Source of the DNA: Haplodiscus bocki | Lineage: Eukaryota | NCBI GenBank assembly: GCA_965655095.1 | Contig: OZ296649.1 | Location: forward strand, 129,642,001-129,706,000 | DNA: 64,000 bases | Direction: 5' to 3' | Shown here: positions 9,956 to 23,800 of the stretch, piece after piece | How the letters are laid out: each line of letters begins with the position of its first letter | Numbering within the stretch: position 1 is the stretch's first letter | Position numbers and translations under genes: made by a program | Notes under the pieces: model-generated | What the model was told of the DNA's origin: nothing | Databases searched by the model: none | Seen by the model: the letters and a program-made list of their open reading frames with translations, nothing else

Positions 9956-10752
9956 TGCAATCTTTTACAATAGAGTTGGTTTCCAATTCATCTGCACAAC
10001 AGTTTCCAGACAAATCACTCAGCTCCTTTACACATTTCTTAACTAATCAAATGAATCTGGAAGGTCAATGGGAGGTTGCATTTTTGGAATTATCCTACCC
10101 GCCAATCAATGTACCCAAACGTCAGAGAAAGAAAATTCGTGTTTTTCCAAAAAACGCTCAAAGTCATTTTTTTTTCTGCAACCCGGTCTCTACTCTTCCA
10201 TTACGGATATTGTTGCAGCTATGAATGTTCTCATTCAGGAAAAACACAATCACAACGAAAGCTGTATCACAGTTAAAGTGTGTCGAAGAATGCACAAAGG
10301 TGAGGTTTACCTTGCAAATGAAAGATTTGTTCTTGCAATCTTTGTTACGGACCGGGGACACGTTTAAGGAAATAAAGTTGGCAGTGAATTTGTTGTCATG
10401 TTGAGAGAAAAAGGACCTTACAAAACTGAATTTGCTTTAGACATTGTCCGCATACAGTCTCTTATGGTATACACGAACCTGATTGAGTACAAGGTCGTTG
10501 TCGACACAAAAATCCCTTTTTTCCGTTGCTTTCTTTTCATTTCAAGCTGAAAGCTGCTGAGATTACAGCCACCGGACAGTAAATAAACTACCAGACGTTT
10601 AGCAAACTGCATTTCAGACGGCTGCCTTAAATTTTTTTCATGCTATTCACATTGATTTGGGAGACACGAGCGGTGAAAAAATACCCTTTGTATCAGTCGA
10701 TATCACTCGTCTTGTTCTGATGTTTAGAAAAGCTTCCAACATTCAATTCTAA
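9955..10752 (+). pseudogene. Minor capsid (penton-like) protein
   Basis: SFTIELVSNSSAQQFPDKSLSSFTHFL..MNLEGQWEVAFLELSYP, PGLYSSITDIV, YTNLIEY..V.DT..P..R, and IHIDL.DTSGEKIPF motifs of Polinton minor capsid proteins. Confidence 0.8.
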
Positions 10753-10770
10753 ACTAGAAGACGTTACAAG

Positions 10771-11130
10771 ATGATTGCTTTAAGGCAAATGGAAAATCAA
10801 TTCTATAGAGTTATTGGTCGACAACGTGGGCGTGAATTCGGTGCACTTGCACATTTTATTGAAAGAATCACAACTCGCGTTTTGGAAAAATATATCGTCC
10901 CAGCTGCAGAACGCGTGGGTGCTGACTTGTTTGAAATTGTTGTGCCGCAAATTGCAGAAGTTGATATTGGATAAAACAATTCCAGAACAGCTGCAAAAAG
11001 TGTGGAAGGACAAACCCTGAGAAAACAATTGAGTAGTGGCGGCAGGAACAGGACTGTATGCAGAGTCATTCCAACAAAGTCTGTAAAACATACCAGTGGG
11101 TCGCGGAGTTTACAAACATCTCTCAATATC
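10771..11130 (+). pseudogene. Small basic virion/core-like protein with QRGxxFG motif
   Basis: YRVIGRQRGREFGALAHFIERITTRVLEKYIVPAAERVGADLFEIVVPQIAEV..AAKSVEGQTLRKQLSSG. Lies between the minor and major capsid genes. Confidence 0.65.
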
Positions 11131-11882
11131 ATGCCCAATATTTTTCCGTTGCAACCTTTTGTCGCAGTTTCTGGAAATCTTGGTGGAAAAGCCCCAGTCG
11201 TGGACAATATCTTGCCGTCTGACGAACAAAAAAATTATCCTACTACTTTACTTGATGAAAAGTGCATATAGTTTGAAATTCAAACGGATCGCAACTATCA
11301 CGTTGATTTGAGACAGACGTATTTGGCTTTGAAACTGAAACTTGTCAAGAGTCGCGGTCACAAGACGCACAAAACCAAAGAAGTAAAAAAAGAGCACAAA
11401 GAAGAGGCCAAGCGGATGAGGAAATGGCGGCACAGGAGGATTGAGAGTCTCCATTTTCTTTCATTACTCATGTATCATGTAAACAACTTTTTGTGCGCAA
11501 TTTTTTCCAGTGTTGAGGTGTACGTCATCAATCAGAAGTTTTACAACTCCAATGGATTGTATGCACACAAGTCTTACATAGCCAACGACTTCAGTGAGGC
11601 CATCTCTGAATACAAGAGCGTTTTGAACAGCCAGGGATACGACCATGGAGAAATTCCTGATGAAATTTTGGTAGCGCCTTTTTATGAACCTTCTTTCGAA
11701 AGGAGAACAAAATTGCTTAGTGGACTCGATGGCTTCATGTTGTATGTTAAATTGGCAGTTGACTTTTTCTCCATTTCTGAAAGGGTATGTCCAAACACGA
11801 ATAAAAGGCTACGACTAATCAGAGCCAGACTTCAATTTTATGTGAATAGTGACAACCCCAACGTTAGTCTTGGAGTTGTCGT
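11130..11882 (+). pseudogene. MCP: Major capsid protein (double jelly-roll), 5' part; truncated by the satellite
   Basis: YPTTLLDEKCI*FEIQTDRNYHVDLRQTYLALKLKLVK...VNNFLCAIFSSVEVYVINQKFYNSNGLYAHKSYI...KLAVDFFS..RLRLIRAR...SDNPNVSLGV, then an abrupt switch to repeat sequence. Confidence 0.85.
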
Positions 11883-14800
11883 TCTTCACGTATTTGCTCC
11901 ATCCAAAATGTCGATGAAGCACAGGAAGATTTTCACCTAAACCAACTCTTCCACAATCGCAAAGCCTTTCGTACAAACACTGTGAAACTTTGTTGGGTCA
12001 GTGCATCCATTTTTCTATAGGAAGAAACTGAAGAGTTTTGATTTTTCAACTTCCAATCCGTAGAAACGAAGAGCAAGAGCTTCAAAAAGACATTTCTTGT
12101 CTTTGTACAGTTTTTTAATGTGTGTTCTTTGTAAGATAAACAGTTGACAGACATTCTGGCGTCCTATGGAAACATTTTTGAGTAGAGCAATGAAATCTCA
12201 TACTGGTGAGCTTGTAAAAATCAAATGGTTTTTGGCTGCGCATTTTCTTGAAAAAAGCCTCAAATAAATTCAATTGAATAATGTTGGGCTTTTCCGGATC
12301 GTTAAACTATTCAAAAGCGAAACTTTTTATCATCCTAAAGGTCCTGTAGCTTTTCAAGAAGGAAGGTGTGCTCGCAGTTCTTCCGAGAAACTTCAATAGG
12401 TCTACTATCCGAAAACCTTCGAATTTGAAAGAGACAATATGGTTCACCTTCTTGGTCATTACTTCTTCAATATCCCAATCGTTTATGTACATTAAGATCA
12501 AACAGCTCTGCATTTTTGTTGAGCTTCCCTTTGCGTATAGAAGTTATCAAGAACATAAACTAATGAATCTACCAAAACGTTTGGATTTGAGTTGCCGAGA
12601 AAAATTGGAGCTTTCATCAAGTTGGAGGAGGTTGTTACAACTACTGGTTTGTGCTTACCAATTCAAGGATGACGTCAAAATCAGGTTTTTCTTTTCTTTG
12701 CAGATGAATTGATTCAAGATCGAATAGTTTCAAGTTCTTGAAGAACATTTGATATTATGTGCACAGAAGATTTGATCCTATTTGTCAAGCAGGGTTTCCT
12801 GTATTTAATACAGGTTCACTGGGAAATTGTGGTAAACTCTTTCCTGGAAAATTTCAGGAGTCACTCCAGATTTAACTTTTTTGCTAAATTGATCGCACGA
12901 TGGACACCAATAAGCTTTTGAGAGTACATTGATATGGGACACATAGATAATGTGGTTTTTGTAACGCATTATTCGAACAGTTTGGAAAGTTTGCCAACAC
13001 TTTTCGTGGCTGGCTCTTCAGGATTTGCTCCATCCACAAAGTTGACGTCGAACAGGAAGATGTTCACATGAACCAATTCTTCCACTACCAAAAACTTTTT
13101 CAAACTAACACGGTCAAAGATTGTTGGGTCAGTTCATCCGGTTTTCTTCAGGAGGATCCTTAAGAGTTTTGAATTTTCAGATTTCAGTCCGTAGAACTGA
13201 AGAGCGAGAGTTCCAAACGGACATTTTCTGTCTTTGTACAGTTTTTTATTGTCTGTTTTTGTGAAATAAACGTTTGACAGACTGGTTATTGGTGAGGCAT
13301 CTTGGCATCCTTTGAACACGTCTTTGAGTTAAGCAACAAAATCTGATAGCAGTGAGCTCATGAAGTATAAGGGGTTTCTGGTTCCACAGTTGATTTAGAA
13401 AAAGCCTCAAATTGTTTCAATTGAGTGATTTTGGCCACTTCCGTGTCATTAAACTATCCATATCGGAAATTTTTTACCCTCTTAAACTTCCTGGAGGCTT
13501 TCAGGAATGAAGCTATGCTGACAGTTCTTCCGAGAAAATTCAGTAGGTCTATTAGCCAAAAATCTCCGAATTTGACGGAGACATTTTATTTCACATTTTT
13601 TATCGCTACTGTTCAATCTCTCGATCGTTACCGTATATTAGGATCAGACAGCTCATCATAAATTTGATGTCGTACTTCGCTCTTTCGAAACAAAAGACAT
13701 GAAGCTTTTTGCCAAATCTTTCTGAATGAATATGCAAACTGATATGGTGCAATAATCTTTTCAGAAACACTGGGTTTTGTTGATGTTCTTCGATACACTT
13801 GTCTTCAAGGTCCGTTGATCGTAGCAACAACAATATTGATTGAAAGATCATGAAAAAAGATCAACTTTGTTCTTTTTACTGGTCTCAATCTCCTAGGTTT
13901 TAAATTTTTGCTGAGCTTCCCTTTGTGTAAAGAAATTATTATGAACATAAACTCATGAATCTAGCAAAGCCTTTGGATTTGAGTTGCCGAGAAAAATTGG
14001 AGCTTTTATCAAGTTGGCGGAGGTTGTTACAACGACTGGTTTGTGCTTACCAATTCAGGGATGACATCAGTATCAGGTTTTACTTTTCTTTGCAGATGAA
14101 TTGATTGAAGATCGAATAATTTCAGGTTCTTGAAAAACTTTTGATATTATGTGCCCAGAATATTTGACCCTAATTGTCAAGCAGGGTTTCCTGAAGTTAA
14201 TACATGTTCACTGGGAAATTGTGGTAAACTCTTTCCTGAAACTTCTCAGGAGTTACTCCAGATTTAAGTTTCTTGCTAGATTGATCGAACGATGGGCAGA
14301 GATAAGCTTTTGAGAGTATCTTGATATGGGACACATAGAAAATGTGGTTTCTGTGACGCATTATTCGAACAGTTTGGAATGTTTGCCAACACTTTTCGTG
14401 GCTGGCTCTTCAGGATTTGCTCCATCCACAAAATCGACATTGCACAGGAAGATTTTCACGTAAACCAATTCTTCATCTACCGAAAAATCTTTCAAACAAA
14501 CACCATCAAAGTTTGTTGGGTCAGTTCATCCGGTTTTCTTCAGGAAGACCCTTAAGAGTTTTTAAATGTCAGTTTTCAGTCCGTAGAGTTGAAGAGCGAG
14601 AGTTCCAAACGGACAATTACTCTCTGTGTACAGTTCTTTGTAGTCTGTTTCTTGTAAATTAAACAACTGACAGACTTTTTATTCGTGAGGGATCTTCGCA
14701 TCCTTTGAAAACGTCTTTGAGTAAAGCAACAAAATCTGATTGCGCTGAATTCATAAAATGTAAGGGTTCTTTTGCTCCACAGTTGATTCACAAAAAGCCT

Positions 14801-17800
14801 CAAATTAATTCAATTGAGTAAGTTGGGTCTTTTCCGGGTTATTAAACTATCCATACGGAAGATACTTTATTCTCCTAAACGTCCTGGAGGCTTTCAGGAA
14901 TGAAGCTGTGCTGGCAGTTCTTCCGAAACCTTCAATAGGTCTATTAGCTGAAAATCTCCGAAGTTGTTGGAGACAATTTGTTTCTTACTTTTTATTGCTA
15001 CTGTTCAATCTCTCGATCGTTAACGTATATTAGGATCAGACAGCTCATCATAAATTTGATGTCGTACGTCGCTCTTTCGAAACAAAAGACATGAAGCTTT
15101 TTGCCAAATCATTCTGATTGAATATGCAAACTGATAATGTGTAATAGTCTTTTGAGAAACATTGCGTCTTGTTGATGTTTTTCGATACACTTGTCTTCAA
15201 GATCCATTGGTCGTCGCAACAACGCTATTGTTTGAGAGCTCATGAATAAAGATCGACTTTGTTCTTTTTACTGGTCTCAATCTCCTAGGTTTTAAATTTT
15301 TGCTGAGCTTCCCTTTGTGTAAACAAATTATTATGAACATAAACTCATGAATCTAGCAAAGCCTTCGGATTTGAGTTGCCGAGAAAAAATGGAGCTTTTA
15401 TCAAGTTGGCGGAGGTTGTTACAACAACTGGTTTGTGCCTACCAACTCAGGGATGACATCAGTATCAGGTTTTACTTTTCTTTGCAGATGAATTGATTGA
15501 AGATCGAATAATTTCAGGTTCTTGAAAAACTTTTGATATTATGTGCCCAGAATATTTGACCCTAATTGTCAAGCAGGGTTTCCTGAAGTTAATACAAATT
15601 CACTGGGAAGTTGTGGTAAACTCTTTCCTGAAACTTCTCAGGAGTTACTCCAGATTTAAGTTTCTTGCTAGATTGATCGAACGATGGGCAGAGATAAGCT
15701 TTTGAGAGTATCTTGATATGGGACACATAGAAAATGTGGTTTCTGTGACGCACTATTCGAACAGTTTGGAATGTTTGCCAACACTTTTCGTGGCTGGCTC
15801 TTCAGGATTTGCTCCATCCACAAAATGGACATTGCACAGGAAGATTTTCACATAAACCAATTCTTCCTCTACCGAAAAATCTTTCAAACAAACACCGTCA
15901 AAGTTTGTTGGGTCAGTTCATCCGGTTTTCTTCAGGAAGACTCTTAAGAGTTTTTAAATGTCAGATTTCAGTCCGTAGAGTTGAAGAGCGAGAGTTCCAA
16001 ACGGACAATTACTGTCTTTGTACAATTCTTTGTAGTCTGTTTCTTGTAAATTAAACAACTGACAGACTTTTTATTCGTGAGGGATCTTCTTATCCTTTGA
16101 AAACGTCTTTGAGTAAAGCAACAAAATCTGATTGCGCTGAATTCATAAAATGTAAGGGTTCTTTTGCTCCACAGTTGATTTACAAAAAGCCTCAAATTAA
16201 TTCAATTGAGTAAGTTGGGTCTTTTCCGGGTTATTAAACTATCCATATGGAAGATACTTTGTTCTCCTAAACGTCCTGGAGGCTTTCAGGAATGAAGCTG
16301 TGTTGGAAGTTCTTCCGAAAAATTTCAATAGGTCTATTAGCTGAAAATCTCCGAAAATGTTGGAGACAATTTGTTTCACATTTTTTATTGCTACTGTTCA
16401 ATCTCTCGATCGTTACCGTATATTAGGATCAGACAGCTCGTCATAAATTTAATGTCGTACGTCGCTCCTTCGAAACAAAAGACATGAAGCTTTTTGCCAA
16501 ATCATTCTGAATGAATATGCAAACTGATATTGTGTAATAGTCTTTTGAGAAACATTGCGTCTTGTTGATGTTTTTCGATACACTTGTCTTCAAGATCCAT
16601 TGGTCGTCGCAACAACGCTATTGTTTGAGAGCTCATGAATAAAGATCGACTTTGTTCTTTTTACTGGTGTCGATCTCCTAGGTTGTCGATTTTTGTTGAG
16701 CTTCGCTTTGTGTATAGAAATTATTAAGATGATAGAACTAATGAATCTACCGAAAACTTTGGATTTGAGTTGCCGAGAAAAAATGCAGCTTTCATCAAGT
16801 TGCAGGAGGTTGTTACAACGAATGGTTTGTGCTTACCAAGTCAGGGATGACGTCAGTATCAGGTTTTTCTTTTCTTTGCAGATGAATTGATTCAAGATCG
16901 AATAGTTTCAAGTTCTTGAAAAACATTTGATATTATGTGCACAGAAGATTTGATCCTATTTGTCAAGCAGGGTTTCCTGTATTTAATACAGGTTCACTGG
17001 GAAATTGTGGTAAACTCTTTCCTGGAAAATTTCAGGAGTCACTCCAGATTTAACTTTTTTGCTAAATTGATCGCACGATGGACACCAATAAGCTTTTGAG
17101 AGTACATTGATATGGGACAAGTAGATAATGTGGCTTTTGTAACGCATTATTCGAACAGTTTGGAAAACTTGCCAACATTTTTGGTGACTGGCTCTTCAGC
17201 ATTTGCTCCATCCACAAAATCGACGTCGCACAGGAAGATGTTCACTTAAACCAATTCTTCCAATACCGAAAAATCATTCAAACAAACACCGTCAAAATTT
17301 GTTGGGTCAGTTCATCCGTTTTTCTTCAGGAAGACCCTTAGAAGTTTTTAAATGTCAGATTTCAGTCCGTAGAGTTGAAGAGCAAGAGTTCCAAACGGAC
17401 AATTTTTGTCTTTGTACAGTTTTTTAAAGTCTGTTTCTTGTATATTAAACATCTGACAGACTTGTTATTCGTGAGGGATCTTCGCATCCTTTGAAAGCGT
17501 CTTGCAGTAAAGCAGCAAAATCTGATAGCGGTGAATTCATAAAATGTAAAGGTTCTTTTGTTCCACAGTTGATTTACAAAAAGCCTCAAAATAATTCAAT
17601 TGAGTAAGTTTGGTCTTTTCCGGGTTATTAAACTATCCAAATGGAAGATATTTTTTTCTCTTCAACGTCGTGGAGGCTTTCAGGAATGAAGCTATGCTGG
17701 CAGTTCTTCCGAGAAACTTCAATAGGTCTATTAGTTGAAAATCTCCGAAATTGTTGGAGACAATTTGTTTCACATCTTTTTTGCTACTGTTCAATCTCTC

Positions 17801-20800
17801 GATCGTTACCGTATATTAGGATCAGAGAGCTCATCATAAATTTGATGTCGTACTTCGTCCTTCGAAACAAAAGACATGAAGCTTTTTGCTGAATCATTCT
17901 GAATGAATATGCAAACTGATTTTGTGTAATAGTCTTTTGAGAAATATTGCGTCTTGTTGATGTTCTTCGATACACTTGTCTTCAAGATCCATTGATCGTC
18001 GCAACAACGCTATTGTTTGAGAGCTCAAGAATAAAGATCGACCTTGTTCTTTTTACTGGTGTCGATCTCCTAGGTTGTCGATTTTTGTTGAGCTTCGCTT
18101 TGTGTATAGAAATTATTAAGAACATAAACTAATGAATCTACCAAAAACTTTGGATTTGAGTTGCCGAGAAAAAATGCAGCTTTCATCAAGTTGCAGGAGG
18201 TTGTTACAACGAATGGTTTGTGCTTACCAAGTCAGGGATGACGTCAGTATCAGGTTTTTCTTTTCTTTGCAGATGAATTGATTCAAGATCGAAAAGTTTC
18301 AAGTTCTTGAAAAACATTTGATATTATGTGCACAGAAGATTTGATCCTATTTGTCAAGCAGGGTTTCCTGTATTTAATACAGGTTCACTGGGAAATTGTG
18401 GTAAACTCTTTCCTGGAAAATTTCAGGAGTCACTCCAGATTTAACTTTTTTGCTAAATTGATCGCACGATGGACACCAATAAGCTTTTGAGAGTACATTG
18501 ATATGGGACACATAGATAATGTGGTTTTTGTAACGCATTATTCGAACAGTTTGGAAAGTTTGCCAACACTTTTCGTGGCTGGCTCTTCAGGATTTGCTCC
18601 ATCCACAAAGTTGACGTCGAACAGGAAGATGTTCACATGAACCAATTCTTCCACTACCAAAAACTTTTTCAAACTAACACGGTCAAAGATTGTTGGGTCA
18701 GTTCATCCGGTTTTCTTCAGGAGGATCCTTAAGAGTTTTGAATTTTCAGATTTCAGTCCGTAGAACTGAAGAGCGAGAGTTCCAAACGGACATTTTCTGT
18801 CTTTGTACAGTTTTTTATTGTCTGTTTTTGTGAAATAAACGTTTGACAGACTGGTTATTGGTGAGGCATCTTGGCATCCTTTGAACACGTCTTTGAGTTA
18901 AGCAACAAAAACTGATAGCAGTAAGCTCATGAAGTATAAGGGGTTTCTGGTTCCACAGTTGATTTAGAAAAAGCCTCAAAATGTTTCAATTGAGTGATTT
19001 TGGCCACTTCCGTGTCATTAAACTATCCATATCGGAAATTTTTTACCCTTTTAAACGTCCTGGAGGCTTTCAGGAATGAAGCTATGCTGACAGTTCTTCC
19101 AAGAAAATTCAATAGGTCTATTAGCCAAAAATCTCCGAATTTGACGGAGACATTTTGTTTCACATTTTTTATCGCTACTGTTCAATCTCTCGATCGTTAC
19201 CGTATATTAGGATCAGACAGCTCATCATAAATTTGATGTCGTACTTCGCTCTTTCGAAACAAAAGACATGAAGCTTTTTGCCAAATCTTTCTGAATGAAT
19301 ATGCAAACTGATATAGTGCAATAGTCTTTTCAGAAACACTGGGTTTTGTTGATGTTCTTCGATACACTTGTCTTCAAGGTCCGTTGATCGTAGCAACAAC
19401 AATATTGATTGAGAGATCATGAAAAAAGATCAACTTTGTTGTTTTTACTGGTCTCAATCTCCAAGGTTTTAAATTTTTGCTGAGCTTCCCTTTGTGTAAA
19501 GAAATTATTATGAACATAAACTCATGAATCTAGCAAAGCCTTTGGATTTGAGTTGCCGAGAAAAATTGGAGCTTTTATCAAGTTGGCGGAGGTTGTTACA
19601 ACGACTGGTTTGTGCTTACCAATTCAGGGATGACATCAGTAACAGGTTTTACTTTTCTTTGCAGATGAATTGATTGAAGATCGAATAATTTCAGGTTCTT
19701 GAAAAACTTTTGATATTATGTGCCCAGAATATTTGACCCTAATTGTCAAGCAGGGTTTCCTGAAGTTAATACATGTTCACTGGGAAATTGTGGTAAACTC
19801 TTTCCTGAAACTTCTCAGGAGTTACTCCAGATTTAAGTTTCTTGCTAGATTGATCGAACGATGGGCAGAGATAAGCTTTTGAGAGTATCTTGATATGGGA
19901 CACATAGAAAATGTGGTTTCTGTGACGCATTATTCGAACAGTTTGGAATGTTTGCCAACACTTTTCGTGGCTGGCTCTTCAGGATTTGCTCCATCCACAA
20001 AATCGACATTGCACAGGAAGATTTTCACGTAAACCAATTCTTCCTCTACCGAAAAATCTTTCAAACAAACACCATCAAAGTTTGTTGGTTCAATTCATCC
20101 GGTTTTCTTCAGGAAGACCCTTAAGACTTTTTAAATGTCAGTTTTCAGTCCGTAGAGTTGAAGAGCGAGAGTTCTAAACGGACAATTACTGTCTTTGTAC
20201 AGTTCTTTGTAGTCTGTTTCTTGTAAATTAAACCACTGACAGACTTTTTATTCGTGAGGGATCTTCGCATCCTTTGAAAACGTTTTTGAGTAAAGCAACA
20301 AAATCTGATTGCGCTGAATTCATAAAATGTAAGGGTTCTTTTGCTCCACAGTTGATTTACAAAAAGCCTCAAATTAATTCAATTGAGTAAGTTGGGTCTT
20401 TTCCGGGTTATTAAACTATCCATATGGAAGATACTTTATTCTCCTAAACGTCCTGGAGGCTTTCAGGAATGAAGCTGTGCTGGCAGTTCTTCCGAAAAAC
20501 TTCAATATGTCTATTAACTGAAAATCTCCGAAGTTGTTGGAGACAATTTGTTTCTTACTTTTTATTGCTACTGTTCAATCTCTCGATCGTTACCGTATAT
20601 TAGGATCAGACAGCTCATCATAAATTTGATGTCGTACGTCGCTCTTTCGAAACAAAAGACATGAAGCTTTTTGCCAAATCGTTCTGAATGAATATGCAAA
20701 CTGATATTGTGTAATAGTCTTTTGAGAAACATTGCGTCTTGTTGATGTTTTTCGATACACTTGTCTTCAAGATCCATTGATCATCGCAACAACGCTATTG

Positions 20801-23800
20801 TTTGAGAGCTCAAGAATAAAGATCGACCTTGTTCTTTTTACTGGTGTCGATCTCCTAGGTTGTCGATTTTTGTTGAGCTTCCCTTTGTGTATAGAAATTA
20901 TTAGGATGATAAAACTAATGAATCTACCAAAAACTTTGGATTTGAGTTGCCGAGAAAAATTGGAGCTTTCATCAAGTTGGAGGAGGTTGTTACAACGACT
21001 GGTTTGTGCTTACCAACTCAGGGATGACATCAGTATCAGGTTTTACTTTTCTTTGCAGATGAATTGATTGAAGATCGAATAATTTCAGGTTCTTGAAAAA
21101 CTTTTGATATTATGTGCCCAGAATATTTGACCCTAATTGTCAAGCAGGGTTTCCTGAAGTTAATACATGTTCACTGGGAAATTGTGGTAAACTCTTTCCT
21201 GAAACTTCTCAGGAGTTACTCCAGATTTAAGTTTCTTGCTAGATTGATCGAACGATGGGCAGAGATAAGCTTTTGAGAGTATCTTCATATGGGACACATA
21301 GAAAATGTGGTTTCTGTGACGCATTATTCGAACAGTTTGGAATGTTTGCCAACACTTTTCGTGGCTGGCTCTTCAGGATTTGCTCCATCCACAAAATCGA
21401 CATTGCACAGGAAGATTTTCACGTAAACCAATTCTTCCTCTACCGAAAAATCTTTCAAACAAACACCATCAAAGTTTGTTGGTTCAATTCATCCGGTTTT
21501 CTTCAGGAAGACCCTTAAGACTTTTTAAATGTCAGTTTTCAGTCCGTAGAGTTGAAGAGCGAGAGTTCTAAACGGACAATTACTGTCTTTGTACAGTTCT
21601 TTGTAGTCTGTTTCTTGTAAATTAAACCACTGACAGACTTTTTATTCGTGAGGGATCTTCGCATCCTTTGAAAACGTTTTTGAGTAAAGCAACAAAATCT
21701 GATTGCGCTGAATTCATAAAATGTAAGGGTTCTTTTGCTCCACAGTTGATTTACAAAAAGCCTCAAATTAATTCAATTGAGTAAGTTGGGTCTTTTCCGG
21801 GTTATTAAACTATCCATATGGAAGATACTTTATTCTCCTAAACGTCCTGGAGGCTTTCAGGAATGAAGCTGTGCTGGCAGTTCTTCCGAAAAACTTCAAT
21901 ATGTCTATTAACTGAAAATCTCCGAAGTTGTTGGAGACAATTTGTTTCTTACTTTTTATTGCTACTGTTCAATCTCTCGATCGTTACCGTATATTAGGAT
22001 CAGACAGCTCATCATAAATTTGATGTCGTACGTCGCTCTTTCGAAACAAAAGACATGAAGCTTTTTGCCAAATCGTTCTGAATGAATATGCAAACTGATA
22101 TTGTGTAATAGTCTTTTGAGAAACATTGCGTCTTGTTGATGTTTTTCGATACACTTGTCTTCAAGATCCATTGATCATCGCAACAACGCTATTGTTTGAG
22201 AGCTCAAGAATAAAGATCGACCTTGTTCTTTTTACTGGTGTCGATCTCCTAGGTTTTCGATTTTTGTTGAGCTTCCCTTTGTGTATAGAAATTATTAGGA
22301 TGATAAAACTAATGAATCTACCAAAAACTTTGGATTTGAGTTGCCGAGAAAAATTGGAGCTTTCATCAAGTTGGAGGATGTTGTTACAACGACTGGTTTG
22401 TGCTTACCAACTCAGGGATGACATCAGTATCAGGTTTTAGTTTTCTTTGCAGATGAATTGATTGAAGATCGAATAATTTCAGGTTCTTGAAAAACTTTTG
22501 ATATTATGTGCCCAGAATATTTGACCCTAATTGTCAAGCAGGGTTTCCTGAAGTTAATACATGTTCACTGGGAAATTGTGGTAAACTCTTTCCTGAAACT
22601 TCTCAGGAGTTACTCCAGATTTAAGTTTCTTGCTAGATTGATCGAACGATGGGCAGAGATAAGCTTTTGAGAGTATCTTGATATGGGACACATAGAAAAT
22701 GTGGTTTCTGTGACGCATTATTCGAACAGTTTGGAATGTTTGCCAACACTTTTCGTGGCTGGCTCTTCAGGATTTGCTCCATCCACAAAATCGACATTGC
22801 ACGGGAAGATTTTCACATAAACCAATTCTTCCTCTACCGAAAAATCTTTCAAACAAACACCGTCAAAGTTTGTTGGGTCAGTTCATCCGGTTTTCTTCAG
22901 GAAGACCCTTAAGAGTTTTTAAATGTCAGATTTCAGTCCGTAGAGTTGAAGAGCGACAGTTCCAAACGGACAGTTACTGTCTTTGTACAATTCTTTGTAG
23001 TCTGTTTCTTGTAAAATAAACAACTGACAGACTTTTTATTCGTGAGGGATCTTCGCATCCTTTGATAACGTCTTTGAGTAAAGCAACAAAATCTGATTGC
23101 GCTGAATTCATAAAATGTAAGGGTTCTTTTGATCCACAGTTGATTTACAAAAAGCCTCAAATTAATTCAATTGAGTAAGTTGGGTCTTTTCCGGGTTATT
23201 AAACTATCCATATGGAAGATAATTTATTCTCCTAAACGTCCTGGAGGCTTTCAGGAATGAAGCTGTGCTGGAAGTTCTCCCGAAAAACTTCAATAGGTCT
23301 ATTAGCTGAAAATCTCCGAAAATGTTGGAGACAATTTGTTTCACATTTTTTCTTGCTACATTTCAATCTCTCGATCGTTACCGTATATTAGGATCAGACA
23401 GCTCGTCATAAATTTGATGTCGTACGTCGCTCTTTCGAAACAAAAGACATGAAGCTTTTTGCCAATTCATTCTGAATGAATATGCAAACTGATATTGTGT
23501 AATAGTCTTTTGAGAAACATTGCGTCTTGTTGATGTTTTTCGATACACTTGTCTTCAAGATCCATTGATCGTAGCAACAACAATATTGATTGAGAGATCA
23601 TGAAAAAAGACCAACTTTGTTGTTTTTACTGGTCTCAATCTCCAAGGTTTTAAATTTTTGCTGAGCTTCCCTTTGTGTAAAGAAATTATTATGAACATAA
23701 ACTCATGAATCTAGCAAAGCCTTTGGATTTGAGTTGCCGAGAAAAATTGGAGCTTTTATCAAGTTGGCGGAGGCTGTTACAACGACTGGTTTGTGCTTAC

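Larger units (their letters stand above)
1..11882. mobile_element. Degenerate Polinton/Maverick (adintovirus-like) element A; both ends absent from the window or truncated
   Basis: Co-located remnants of pPolB (- strand) and of packaging ATPase, RVE integrase, minor and major capsid genes (+ strand), the diagnostic Polinton gene set. All are broken by stops or frameshifts. No TIR seen. Confidence 0.9.
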
